64,000 bases of DNA from Candidatus Aminicenantes bacterium. GTDB taxonomy: Bacteria; Acidobacteriota; Aminicenantia; Aminicenantales; Aminicenantaceae. A model generated the notes under the pieces. That model saw nothing but the letters and a program-made list of their open reading frames with translations. It did no database searches and was not told the origin of the DNA. Positions 44,891-55,500 of this stretch are shown here, piece after piece (positions within the stretch are counted from its first letter, which is position 1; each line of letters starts with the position of its first letter). Both the position numbers and the translations under genes were made by a program. Location: the NCBI GenBank assembly GCA_014727835.1, contig WJMT01000024.1, positions 1,309-65,308 on the forward strand. Reading direction: 5' to 3'.

Positions 44891-45556
44891 ATGAATGATA
44901 TCGATTTGAGAACAAAAAGAAAGTTAAAAAGAAGAAAGGAAAACCGCCGGATTATTCTTGAGGTGGCAGAAAAACTGTTTGTAAAAAAAGGATACCGGGG
45001 GACCGCAGTCGATGATATTGCGGAAAACGCACAGTTTTCCAAAGCCACCATTTACCGGTACTTTGAAAACAAGCTGGATATTTTTACTCAGATTGTCATG
45101 GCTACCATTGAACAATCTCAAAAAGACTTGACCAAAATTGCAAAAAAAAACACTTCATCTGAGGAGAGGCTGAGAGAGTTCATTCAATATATCCTGGGTT
45201 ATTACCAGAAAAAAAAGAACTTGGCTCGAATTTTGTTTATGGAGCGGGATCTGATCAAAAAGTTTGTGGAGGTGGAAAGGGGGGGGCATTTCATGCACCA
45301 TTTTCGAAAGAAAAAAATTCCCAAGAATGTTGATGTCATGATTGATGATATATTCAATCAGCTATGCAAAGTGATCAAACAAGGAATCTCTTCTGGTGAG
45401 TTCAGGAAACAAGATCCCAAGGATGCCTGTTTTTTGCTGGGGGCGATTATGAGGGGATTCCATTTCACAGGGTTCAATCAAGTCAAAAAATATTCTGTTG
45501 AAGAAGCCACGGATTTGATCAGCAATGTTTTTCTGAACGGAATCAAGAAGCCCTAA
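44891..45556 (+). CDS. TetR/AcrR family transcriptional regulator
   Basis: N-terminal HTH: ILEVAEKLFVKKGYRGTAVDDIAENAQFSKATIYRYFENK. Confidence 0.85.
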   Translation: MNDIDLRTKRKLKRRKENRRIILEVAEKLFVKKGYRGTAVDDIAENAQFSKATIYRYFENKLDIFTQIVMATIEQSQKDLTKIAKKNTSSEERLREFIQYILGYYQKKKNLARILFMERDLIKKFVEVERGGHFMHHFRKKKIPKNVDVMIDDIFNQLCKVIKQGISSGEFRKQDPKDACFLLGAIMRGFHFTGFNQVKKYSVEEATDLISNVFLNGIKKP

Positions 45557-45581
45557 AAGGAGATAAATAAAGGAGAATAAA

Positions 45582-46913
45582 ATGAAGAAAGCAGCCCAGA
45601 TCATTTGCGTTTTCGGTTTGGTTTTATACACAGTTATTTTTGGATTTTCTCAAGATAAAGTGCAGCTGACTTTAGAGAAATGTGTTGACCTGGCCCTGCA
45701 GAAGAATCCACAGCATCGGGCTACAGCTCAAAGAGTAGATGCTGCCAAGTCCGGAGTCAGAGAAGCTGTGGCCGCATTTTTCCCCTCGCTCAACGGACAA
45801 GGGACGACCACTCTCAATGAAAAAGTGATGGAACTCGAATTTCCGTCCTTTATTCCAGGAGAACCACCTCAAAGAGTGGAAGTCGACTTCACCCGCGATT
45901 ATCAGTTCATTATGTCCCTGTCCATACCGATTTTCACTGCAGGGCAGTTGGTTTCTGGCTACAAACAGGCCAAATACAATCTGAGAAGCTCAAAGCAGGA
46001 GCTCAAGCAGTCCAGCCACAATACTGTTTTTAACACCAAACAGGCCTTTTACGGGATTTTACTGGCCATAGATTTTGTGAATGTGTCTCAGGAAGCAGTC
46101 AGGGATGCTCAAGATTTTTATGAAAATGTTAAGGTCCAGTTTGAGGTGGGAGTTGCGTCTCAATTTGATTTGCTGCGCTCTGAAGTCCGTTTAGCCAATC
46201 TGAAACCTCAACTGATCAAGGCAAAAAACAATCTGGAAATCGCAAAGCTCAATCTAAAGACCATATTGGGAATAGACCTTTCCAAAGAGATTGAGATCCA
46301 AGGCCGAATGGAATACCGGCCTGTGGAGATTGACCTGGATGAATGCATAACAAAAGCATTGGCGAACCGGCCGGAACTGAAACAGCTTGACTTCCAGGAA
46401 GGAATGGCCAGACAGGGTCTGAACATGGCCAGGGCAGCAGGCCTTCCCACTGTGGCAATTTCCGGTCAGTATAACTACTGGGCAGACCAGTTCAATTTCA
46501 AAGATGATACTTGGCAGAACTATTATTCACTCAACCTGGTTTTGAACATCCCTATTTTCAACGGGCTGTCCTCTTCGGCAAAGATGGCCAAGTCCAGAGC
46601 CATGATCAGAGAACTGGAACTGACCCAAGAGGGCCTGGTGGAAATGCTGAAGTTTGAAGTGAGACAAGCGGTTTTAAAAATCAATGAAGCAGAGCAGTCT
46701 CTGCATTCCCAAGAAAAAAATGTAAAGCAGGCAAAGGAAAGCCTGCGCATCGCTGAACTCAATTACAATGAAGGCCTGGTTACTATTCTGGATGTGCAGC
46801 AGACTCAAACAGCATTGGCTCAGGCAAAAACCAATTATTCCCAGGCTCTTTTTGATTATGTTGTGGCAAGTGCTGAATTGGATAAGGCCATGGGAGTGGA
46901 CAGAAATGAGTAA
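45582..46913 (+). CDS. TolC-family outer membrane efflux protein
   Basis: Signal peptide, L.L..C...AL..NP opening, two OEP repeats (AFFPSL...; LPTVAISGQYNY), coiled-coil segments. Confidence 0.85.
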   Translation: MKKAAQIICVFGLVLYTVIFGFSQDKVQLTLEKCVDLALQKNPQHRATAQRVDAAKSGVREAVAAFFPSLNGQGTTTLNEKVMELEFPSFIPGEPPQRVEVDFTRDYQFIMSLSIPIFTAGQLVSGYKQAKYNLRSSKQELKQSSHNTVFNTKQAFYGILLAIDFVNVSQEAVRDAQDFYENVKVQFEVGVASQFDLLRSEVRLANLKPQLIKAKNNLEIAKLNLKTILGIDLSKEIEIQGRMEYRPVEIDLDECITKALANRPELKQLDFQEGMARQGLNMARAAGLPTVAISGQYNYWADQFNFKDDTWQNYYSLNLVLNIPIFNGLSSSAKMAKSRAMIRELELTQEGLVEMLKFEVRQAVLKINEAEQSLHSQEKNVKQAKESLRIAELNYNEGLVTILDVQQTQTALAQAKTNYSQALFDYVVASAELDKAMGVDRNE

Positions 46914-48075
46914 GCAAGACATGAAAAGAAACAGAAGATTAAATTTATTCGGGAGATTCAAAGTGAAAACAAACTTAGGGTTTAAACTCTTATTATTGGC
47001 ATTCATATCATTCCTTATTTTTGCATGCAATCCTCCTGTTCAGGAGGAAGAGAGCCGAGAATCCAAAGAGGGAGCGGCTCCAGTGAAAGTCACTGAAGTG
47101 AAAAGGCAGAAAATATCTGAAAAGCTTTATTACACAGGTTTGATCGAAGCGCGGGAACAGATCGTCATATCACCTGAAGTGGGAGGCAGGATAGCAAAAA
47201 TCAATGTGGAAGAAGGAGAAAGAGTCCAAAAGGGGCAGATCATTGCAGAAATGGATACCAGGGCTGCTCGTCTCCAGCTCCAGCAGGCTGAGGCCGGACT
47301 GGCTGTAGCTCAGGCCAACCACAACGACGCCAAAAGAAATATGCAACGAATGGAAAGACTGCGGAAAGAGAATGCGGTATCTGAACAACAGTATGAAAAA
47401 ATCGAATTGGCTTTTGATGCAGCTGAAGCCCAGCTGAAACAGGCTCAAGCCTCTCTGGATTTGGCGGAACACAACCTGGAAGTTTCCATCATGGAAGCCC
47501 CTTTCAGCGGTGTAGTGGCATCCAAAAATGCAGAAGTCGGGGATATCATCAATCCCATGATGGGAGGAGGATATTCCACGGCCAGCGGAGTCTTGACCTT
47601 GGCGGATTTTTCCATAGTGAAGATCCATATCAATGTTTCCTATGAGGATGTGGTCCGGATCAAAAAAGGTCAGAAAGCCAGTCTGACGCTCAAGACATTT
47701 CCGGAGAGAGTTTTTTCTGGCCAAGTGACAGTGGTCAACATGGCTGCTGATCCGGTGAGCAAAAAATTCAACGTGGAAGTGCAGGTCTCAAACAAGGATC
47801 TCTTTTTGAGGCCCAATGTGTTTGGAGATGTGATGCTGGAAGTCAGCACTCATGAAAATGCCCTGGTCATTCCTCAGGAGGCTGTGGTGGAAGGCAGTTA
47901 TGTGTTCACAGCTGACCAGGGTCGAGCTGTTAAGAAGGAGATCACCATTGGACTTGAAAACACCACACTCTTGGAAGTCCTTACAGGACTGGATGAAGGA
48001 GAACAGGTCATTGTGAAGGGAAATTACGGACTTCAAGATGGAGCGCTTATCGAAATCAGTGAGGTCATCAAATGA
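46906..48075 (+). CDS. Efflux RND periplasmic adaptor (membrane fusion protein), lipoprotein
   Basis: Lipobox LIFAC. The GLIEAREQIVISPEVGGRI..I.V.EG..V.KGQ lipoyl motif, a coiled-coil hairpin and beta-barrel domains are present. Start at 46906 (GGAG 9 nt upstream) overlaps the tolC stop by 8 nt. Confidence 0.8.
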   Translation: MSKQDMKRNRRLNLFGRFKVKTNLGFKLLLLAFISFLIFACNPPVQEEESRESKEGAAPVKVTEVKRQKISEKLYYTGLIEAREQIVISPEVGGRIAKINVEEGERVQKGQIIAEMDTRAARLQLQQAEAGLAVAQANHNDAKRNMQRMERLRKENAVSEQQYEKIELAFDAAEAQLKQAQASLDLAEHNLEVSIMEAPFSGVVASKNAEVGDIINPMMGGGYSTASGVLTLADFSIVKIHINVSYEDVVRIKKGQKASLTLKTFPERVFSGQVTVVNMAADPVSKKFNVEVQVSNKDLFLRPNVFGDVMLEVSTHENALVIPQEAVVEGSYVFTADQGRAVKKEITIGLENTTLLEVLTGLDEGEQVIVKGNYGLQDGALIEISEVIK

Positions 48076-51000
48076 AAATACCTGAATTTTCTGTCAATCG
48101 AAGAGTCACCACCATTATGCTGGCTTTGATCCTGGTTGTCCTGGGAATGATTTCCTTTTCCCGGCTGGGATTGGATTTTTTTCCTGACCTTGAGTATCCT
48201 ACCGTTTCTGTCATCACCAATTACAGTGGGGTTTCGCCGGAAGATATCGAAAACACCATCACCCGGCCTCTTGAACAGGTCATCAATTCAGTGAGCGGAG
48301 TCAAGAATGTCAATTCTGTGACTTCAGAGGGAATATCTGTGGTCATGGTGGACTTTGAATGGGGGACCAATCTGGATTTTGCGGCCCAGGACATCAGAGA
48401 TCAGATCGGGCTTTACAAGAGTTATCTTCCAGAGGATGCCTCGGATCCTCTGGTGGTGAAGTTTGATATATCTCAAATGCCCATCATATTTTGGGGCATC
48501 ACTTCCAATATGCCCAATTATGAGCTGAAAGAGCTTTTTGAGGAAGAAGTGACTCCGCGTTTGGAACGGATCGAAGGAGTGGCTTCTGCCCAGGTTTTTT
48601 CCACAGACACCAGGGAAATTCGTGTGGAATTGGACAGAGCCGCACTGGAAAGCCGTATGCTTTCTTCAGACCGGGTCATCCAGGCGTTGAGAATGGAGAA
48701 CATCAATCTTCCTGCCGGATATATTGTAGAAAGACATTCGGAATTACTGGTACGGACTCTGGGAGAATTTGAAAATCTTGATGATATCAGAAACACAGTT
48801 GTGGGCAGCACTCAAACCGGAGACCCCATTTACATGGAAGATGTGGCTGAAATTAAGGATACGGTGAAGGAACCGCGGTACTTAGCCCGAGTTCAGAAGG
48901 AAAAGGGAGTGTATCTGTTTATAAGCAAACGGTCCGGAGCCAATACAGTCACAGCTGCAGAAGCAGTTAAAAAAGAACTGGAAGAGATCAAACAGACTCT
49001 TCCTGAAGGGATTGAATTCCATACAGCTATGGATCAGTCGGACATGATCCAGGATGTGATCCGCCAGACCGGCGGGAATGCTTTGGCTGGCGGTGTCCTG
49101 GCCATATTGTTTATTTTTATTTTTCTTGGCAATTGGCGACCCACTATCACCATTGCTGCGGCGATTCCTTTATCTGTGATTGCCACGTTCATTGCTTTTT
49201 ATACAGCTGGTTACACTTTGAATCTCCTCACTCTGGGCGGCCTTGCCTTAGGGATCGGAATGCTGGTGGACAATGCCATTGTGGTCATTGAAAACATATT
49301 CCGTCATCTGGAAGAAGGAGAAGCACGGACCAAAGCAGCAAAAATCGGGGCCTCTGAAGTCGGGATGGCCATCACTGCTTCCACCTTGACCACTATTGCT
49401 GTGTTTTTCCCCATGGTCTTTGCCCAGGGTATCACCGGGAAATTAACCCGCGGCCTGGCTCTGGCCATTGCGTTCTCGCTGGTGGCATCTCTGTTTGTGG
49501 CTCTGACCGTGGTTCCCATGCTGGCTTCCTATATTTTCAAGCTGAGAAAGAAGAGGATGCGAAAAAACGGGACACCTAAGAAGAGAGTGTTTTCCAGGAT
49601 AAGGGACAGGTACGAAAACACCCTGCTCAAGGCACTCCAGAACCGGGGAAAGGTCCTTGCCGGAGCTGTTCTGTTGCTGTTCATTTCCATGGCAATGGTT
49701 CCTTTTATCGGCACGGAATTCATGCCCACTTCAGACCGAGATATGCTTCTTATCAAAGTCAAAATGCCTATTGGCACATCCCTGGAGGAAACAGACCGGG
49801 TGACCTCTTTGGCAGAGGAGGTCATCCTCAATGAACCGGAAGTGGATATTGTTTCTGCTCAGGTGGGCTCCATGGCAGAAGAAGACCCCTCAGATGCAGC
49901 TTCGGGTTTTGGTGCATCCGGAGTGCATGAGGCCTTGTTATGGATCGGATTGAGGAAACAGGAGCAAAGGGATCTCTCAGACATTGAAGTTCTGGAAAAA
50001 ATTAGGGACAAACTGCCCGATTACAAGGGAGTGGAATTTGAATCCATTGATATGAGCCAGATGATGATGGGAGGAGCCCAAGCCCCGATTGAAATCAAAG
50101 TCTTTGGAAAAGACTTGGACCGTCTCAAAGAAACAGCAGACCTGATTGTCAGCCGGATCAAAGGAGTGGAGGGTCTTAGAGATGTGGGACATTCCATGGA
50201 AAAGGGAAAACCTGAATATCAAATTCAAATCGACAGAGAAGAAGCAGCCCGCATGGGATTGATGGTTGCTCAGATAGCAAACACAGTCCAGACCGTTTCA
50301 TTGGGAACCGTGGCCACAAAATACAGAGAAGGGGATGATGAGTTTGATGTGAAAGTCCGGTTTGAAGAAAAATACAGGGATGACCTGGATGATATCAAGA
50401 ACATCCCTCTTATGACGCCTGCCAATACAGTCATTAAGCTGAGTCAGGTGGCGACCATTGAAGAAGGAGTGGGGCCCACGGAGATATCCAGAGAAAATCA
50501 AGGCCGGCTGGTCACAATCTCAGCCAATATTGCAGGCAGAGATCTGGGAAGCATCATGGAAGATATCAAGGATACCCTGACCGGCCTAGAGAATTCACTT
50601 CCCGCCGGGTATTTCTTGGAATACGGAGGTCAGTATGAGGATATGCAGGAGGCTTTTCTCATTATCATTGGAGTGTTTGTTCTGGCCAGTCTTCTTGTGT
50701 ATATGATCATGGCTTCCCAATTTGAGTCATTCCTCCATCCTCTTGTCATCATGTTCACCATTCCGCTTGGAGTGATTGGCGTGATATTCGGTCTTTTGGT
50801 AACTGGAAACACCATCAGTCTCATTTCCCTTATTGGATTTATCATCCTTGGAGGGATTGCTGTGAACAATGGAATTGTTATGGTGGACTATATCAACCAG
50901 TTGAGGCGAAAAGGCACAAAGGATGAAGAAGCCATTCTCAAAGGCTGTTCGGTCAGACTGCGTCCTGTGTTGATCACAGCACTGACCACTATGATCGGAA

Positions 51001-51173
51001 TGCTTCCCATGGCTATCAGCACCTCTGCGGGTTCTGAAATGAGGGCACCTATGGCCATCGCTGTGATCGGAGGATTGTTTGCCACCACCTTGTTGACCCT
51101 TTTTGTGATTCCCATCATGTACAGCATTTTTGGGAAAGTCTCCTTTAAAAGACTTGACAAAAACAAATCGTGA
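48072..51173 (+). CDS. RND efflux transporter permease (AcrB/HAE family)
   Basis: 1033 aa with 12 TM in two halves. The opening FSVNRRVTTIMLALILVVLG and the blocks LGGLALGIGMLVDNAIVVIENI and GIAVNNGIVMVDY are present. ATGA overlap with the adaptor gene. Confidence 0.9.
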   Translation: MKIPEFSVNRRVTTIMLALILVVLGMISFSRLGLDFFPDLEYPTVSVITNYSGVSPEDIENTITRPLEQVINSVSGVKNVNSVTSEGISVVMVDFEWGTNLDFAAQDIRDQIGLYKSYLPEDASDPLVVKFDISQMPIIFWGITSNMPNYELKELFEEEVTPRLERIEGVASAQVFSTDTREIRVELDRAALESRMLSSDRVIQALRMENINLPAGYIVERHSELLVRTLGEFENLDDIRNTVVGSTQTGDPIYMEDVAEIKDTVKEPRYLARVQKEKGVYLFISKRSGANTVTAAEAVKKELEEIKQTLPEGIEFHTAMDQSDMIQDVIRQTGGNALAGGVLAILFIFIFLGNWRPTITIAAAIPLSVIATFIAFYTAGYTLNLLTLGGLALGIGMLVDNAIVVIENIFRHLEEGEARTKAAKIGASEVGMAITASTLTTIAVFFPMVFAQGITGKLTRGLALAIAFSLVASLFVALTVVPMLASYIFKLRKKRMRKNGTPKKRVFSRIRDRYENTLLKALQNRGKVLAGAVLLLFISMAMVPFIGTEFMPTSDRDMLLIKVKMPIGTSLEETDRVTSLAEEVILNEPEVDIVSAQVGSMAEEDPSDAASGFGASGVHEALLWIGLRKQEQRDLSDIEVLEKIRDKLPDYKGVEFESIDMSQMMMGGAQAPIEIKVFGKDLDRLKETADLIVSRIKGVEGLRDVGHSMEKGKPEYQIQIDREEAARMGLMVAQIANTVQTVSLGTVATKYREGDDEFDVKVRFEEKYRDDLDDIKNIPLMTPANTVIKLSQVATIEEGVGPTEISRENQGRLVTISANIAGRDLGSIMEDIKDTLTGLENSLPAGYFLEYGGQYEDMQEAFLIIIGVFVLASLLVYMIMASQFESFLHPLVIMFTIPLGVIGVIFGLLVTGNTISLISLIGFIILGGIAVNNGIVMVDYINQLRRKGTKDEEAILKGCSVRLRPVLITALTTMIGMLPMAISTSAGSEMRAPMAIAVIGGLFATTLLTLFVIPIMYSIFGKVSFKRLDKNKS

Positions 51174-51259
51174 CTTATTTTAGATATAAGTGGCAAATCC
51201 CTCATTTTTCAATGCATATCCATGCATCTCATTTCTATCACTCTATTTAAGGAGGACGG

Positions 51260-52405
51260 ATGAAACTAATTAACCAGGATCAGATTGAAAAACTGGCCGA
51301 ATTTAGAAGCAAGGATTATTTCACCACTTCTTTTTTTCTGGATACCAGCCGGGACAGGATGACGAAAAAGGAGATCCAACTGTCCCTGAAAAATCTCATA
51401 AATAGAAGTCATTCCCGGCTGGAAAAAAGAAATCTGGATGACAAAAAAAAGGAGTCTTTGTTTGAGGACCTCAAAAAAATCCAAGATTACTGCACGCAAA
51501 AGATTCCTTTTTATGATGATTATGGGTTGGCCATAGTCTCCTGCCACAAAGAGGATTTCTGGGAGGTTTTCAATCTGGTCAAATCTCCAAGGAATATGGT
51601 GATCTTTGACCGGAATCCTTATGTCCGGCCCCTCTCAGCAATATTAGAACAGTATCACAGGATCTGCGCTTTGGTCATAGATAAAAAAGAAGCCAAATGG
51701 TATGACATATACATGGGGGAGATCGATCTGATGGATCAGATGGAAACAGACCTTTCCAAACACAAAGGAGAAACAGGGAGAGAAGGATTCGGCTCTCAAA
51801 GCCTGGAAAAGCATCTGTCTTCTCTTTTTCAAACCCATATCAAAAAAGCCTCCAACCACACCTTTGAACTCTTTAAAAAAGACAGTTTTGACTGGCTGTT
51901 TGTGGGGGCTTCAGAAGAATACCTTAAAGAGCTCAAATCGCAATTTCATCCTTATTTGAAAGAGAGAATGAAAGGTGTGATAAAGGCCAAGCCCAGTGAC
52001 AGCCCGGATCAAATACTGAGAGAAGCCCTTGAGATCAAAGAGGATTTGAAAAAAAAGGAACAAAAACAGCTGGTCAAAGATTTTGAGTCTGAAATCAAAA
52101 GGGGCGGATTAGCAGTTTCAGGAATCAGAAATACCATTCGGAGTCTGAATAAAGGAGAAGTCAAAACCCTTCTGGTGACCAGAGGTTTTTCCAAGCCGGG
52201 ACGATTGTGCCTTAAGTGCCGTTATATCTATTTTGATGAAGAGGAGTGCAAAGCCTGTAAAGGAAAGACCATTCCGGTCATAGATGTTATAGATGAGGCC
52301 GTGGAAGCAGCTATGAATCTGAACTGTCAGGTGAAGCATATCAATCCTCCATCCAGGCTTGACAGATACGGGGGAATCGGAGCTTTTCTGAGATTCAAGT
52401 CCTGA
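51260..52405 (+). CDS. Bacterial eRF1/Pelota-superfamily protein (Vms1/VLRF1- or baeRF-like) with a GSQ loop and zinc-ribbon insert
   Basis: AAGGAGG RBS. The centre SKHKGETGREGFGSQSLEKH aligns with eRF1 KKHGRGGQSALRF, with GSQ at aa 178-180 (nt 51791-51799). The C-terminus GGLAVSGIRNTIRSLNKGEVKTLLVTRGF ... DRYGGIGAFLRFKS matches the eRF1/Pelota domain-3 signatures. CLKC-x9-CKAC lies at aa 317-333. Confidence 0.6.
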   Translation: MKLINQDQIEKLAEFRSKDYFTTSFFLDTSRDRMTKKEIQLSLKNLINRSHSRLEKRNLDDKKKESLFEDLKKIQDYCTQKIPFYDDYGLAIVSCHKEDFWEVFNLVKSPRNMVIFDRNPYVRPLSAILEQYHRICALVIDKKEAKWYDIYMGEIDLMDQMETDLSKHKGETGREGFGSQSLEKHLSSLFQTHIKKASNHTFELFKKDSFDWLFVGASEEYLKELKSQFHPYLKERMKGVIKAKPSDSPDQILREALEIKEDLKKKEQKQLVKDFESEIKRGGLAVSGIRNTIRSLNKGEVKTLLVTRGFSKPGRLCLKCRYIYFDEEECKACKGKTIPVIDVIDEAVEAAMNLNCQVKHINPPSRLDRYGGIGAFLRFKS

Positions 52406-52507
52406 CACTCCTGTTTGGCTGTTTTTTCATTGATCCCTTTTGCAACCATTAGAGTGCCAGTTTTGTTTTAATAGGTAAATCGGACCTTTCACAAGAGCAG
52501 GATTGAT

Positions 52508-52536
52508 TTGACCTGAACTGGATTATGAAATAAACT
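52508..52536 (+). promoter_or_regulatory. Candidate sigma70 promoter of the TonB-dependent-receptor-like gene
   Basis: TTGACC (52508-52513), 17-nt spacer, TAAACT (52531-52536). AAGGAG RBS before the ATG at 52572. Confidence 0.4.
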
Positions 52537-52571
52537 TTATCACTAACTTTCTGTAACCGGATAACAAGGAG

Positions 52572-55500
52572 ATGAAATTGAGGAAACAGATAACAAGACT
52601 TTTTGTGATTCTAGTGATTTTTGCAAATATGACTCTGTTTTTGATGTCACAGCACAGCACAACCTGTTCCATAAGTGGTGTGGTCAAAGATACGGATAAC
52701 AATCCTCTCTCAAAAGCCACGGTTATTTTAGAAGGCGCTCCCATGTTAGGCCTGGTGGTCTATGTCACAAAGGAAAACGGAAGCTTCCATTTTGCCAATC
52801 TTCCCCCGGGTCAAGGCTACTCCCTGCATGCGGAAAAGCCTGAGTTTCAGACAAAAAAATTCACCGGAATCCACATCGCCATTGGCCAGGACATCAACAT
52901 ACCGGTGGTTCTCAGCAGGGACCCCCAAATGAGCTTTGAGGTCATCCAAGATCAATCCCCTGCCCTGGATGCCAAACAAACAGAGACCACTGTTCGATAC
53001 TCCCAAGAACTGATACAGAGTCTTCCTCTTCATAGAGATCTTTTTGAAGTTCTCAATTCCATACCGGGTTCTGTCCCGGAGAATCCCAGGATTCGGCGTG
53101 CAGCCAGTGTTTCAGGAGGTTCTGTCAGGCAAAACCGGTTTGTTCTGGATGGAGTGGTCCTGAACGATCCACTTGATTCATATCCTGCCACCAATGTGAA
53201 TGTGGACACATACGGAGAAATCGAATTCGGAGTTGCCGGCCACAATGCGGAAACCACCGGAGCTGATGGAGGGTATATAAATATCGTGTCCAAGTCAGGA
53301 GGGAATCAATTCAAGGGGAGTTTGCTGACAGAATATTATGATAAAGCCATGCAGTCCACTTTGTTAAGTCCTGAAGATCTGAATCTTTTAGGATTGAAAA
53401 AACCCACTGAATTCAATTCATGGAATGACTTGTCTTTCTCTGTCGGAGGACCTGTGGCCAAGGATGTGTTGAGTTTGTTTGTCAATGCCCGCTATACAAA
53501 TCGGGTACAGAACTTCTATCATGCTGATTGGTCCAGCACCTTGGATGCGGGAAAACAGGTCTTTGTTTTGGACCTGGCACCTCACAGGGAATACAATGTT
53601 TTCGGGAAAATCACCTCCTTTCTTCCTTTGGATATTCGGGCCAGCATAACCTATAATCTGACCGCAATTAAAGAAGAATTCAATATCGATCGAATCCAGA
53701 AAAATTTGGACCAGACAGCCACCAATAAGAGAGAAGGAGAGTTGGCACATCTTTTGAGTATTCAGGCAAGCTATGCTCTCACACCAGATCTGTTTTTGAA
53801 CGGAAGGGTCACCTACCTTTTCCGCAAATTTTCTCTCCCTTACAGTGATCTGTCCCTAGCAGAGGAGCCCCGAAATTATGATCGATATTTCAATATGTAC
53901 AGAAACAATCCGGAATTTCAACAGAAATCCGTAACCCAAAAGTTAAATCCGGCTGTCAAAGCCACCTATTTCAATGACAATTTTCTCGGCGTCAAAAACA
54001 TGTTCAAATTTGGATTGGAGTATGAATGGAATCTTTGGAGGTGGGATTTCTGGAGAGAAAATCCTTATTATTTTGATTACTATAGAGGGGACCTGTATTC
54101 TTATCCCACTGAAATGCAACCCAATCGGGGACGGATCTATGCCTACAGCATTGGATCGTTTGAGGGTTCTTCTATTTTAGAGAATGAGACCCACCGTATC
54201 GGCGGTTTTGTGAAGGAAAGCCTGACCATAGCGGATCGTCTGACCTTGAATCTGGGAGCCCGGATCGATTACAGCAATTCCCGCTTTCCTGTGCACTATC
54301 GGGTGCAGAGTGCAGACCCCTATGGACTCTTTGATGTGCTTCCTGGAGTGGACCTTCAGTACGGCGCCTACAATCCGGGTTCCAGAGATGTCATGAAATG
54401 GTTTGACATCTCCCCCCGGCTGGGATTGGTGTTGGATGTTTTTGGCGATGGAGAGACCATTCTTTCCGGAACCTATTCCCAGTATCATGAATCCATAGCT
54501 TTTCGTTACTTCAACAGAGTCAGTCCCATTTATCCTCAGTTGAGTTCCTGGTATTGGATCGACGAAGACCTGGATCAGGAACCGGATGCAGATGATACGT
54601 ACACACAGATAGATTTGGCAGAGAACCCGGATGAAGTGGATATCAGTACCCGGCTTGATCCGGACGCCAAATCCCCGATCACCGATGAATTTACTGTGGG
54701 TTTGGAGCAGGAAATCAATACAAACCTCACAGTGGGAGCCACTTTTGTCTATAAGCACAAAAAAAATATTTTTGGAAATGTCAATGATTATGGCCTGGGT
54801 GCTGAAGAGGCGTGGAAAGGCTACAGCACGGACAGTCCTTATTGGGAGACCTTTGAGTTCACTGACCCCGGAGAAGATGGAGTTTTTGGCACCGGGGATG
54901 ACCAGAGTTCTTACTGTTATGTGGAGCTGATAGAATCTCCGGGCGGACGGAACTGGTATTACACAAATATCGAATCTGCGTTTCGAAAATACACAGCTCT
55001 TGAATTGGTCTTGAATAAAAGGATGTCTAACAAATGGCAGCTTTTGGCTTCTCTGGTCTGGAGCAAAGCTTGGGGAAACATCGGAAGTTGGGATATGACA
55101 ACCAGTGCCAGTTCTGTTTATTTCAACACTCCCAATTCCCTGGTCTATGCAGACGGCCGGCTGGATTTTGACCGTCCCCTAAATGTTAAAATCCAGGGCT
55201 CAGTGCAACTTCCCTATGGATTTGACTTGGGATGTTATTACAATTACCGATCCGGAATCCCGTGGAACCGAATGGTGACAGTCTGTGTTCCAGAGGATGA
55301 CAGGTATCTGGATCCCGGAGCCTGCTACACAGTTGCCACAGAAAAAAGAGGCACCAGACGAACTCCGGCTCTGTCCACCCTTGACCTGAGACTTCAGAAA
55401 AATTTCTGGTTAAGCGATGCGCTTTCTGTAGATGCCTACCTCGATGTCCTTAATGTTTTGGGCGGGACCTCTTATTTCATCTCCACTCATCCAGGAGGGT

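Noticed and set aside
52406-52571. Possible riboswitch (e.g. cobalamin) in the 166-nt leader region upstream of the TonB-dependent-receptor-like gene
   Set aside because: I found no B12-box-like core or other conserved riboswitch motif. The region is AT-rich, and a plausible promoter at 52508-52536 leaves only a roughly 30-nt leader.
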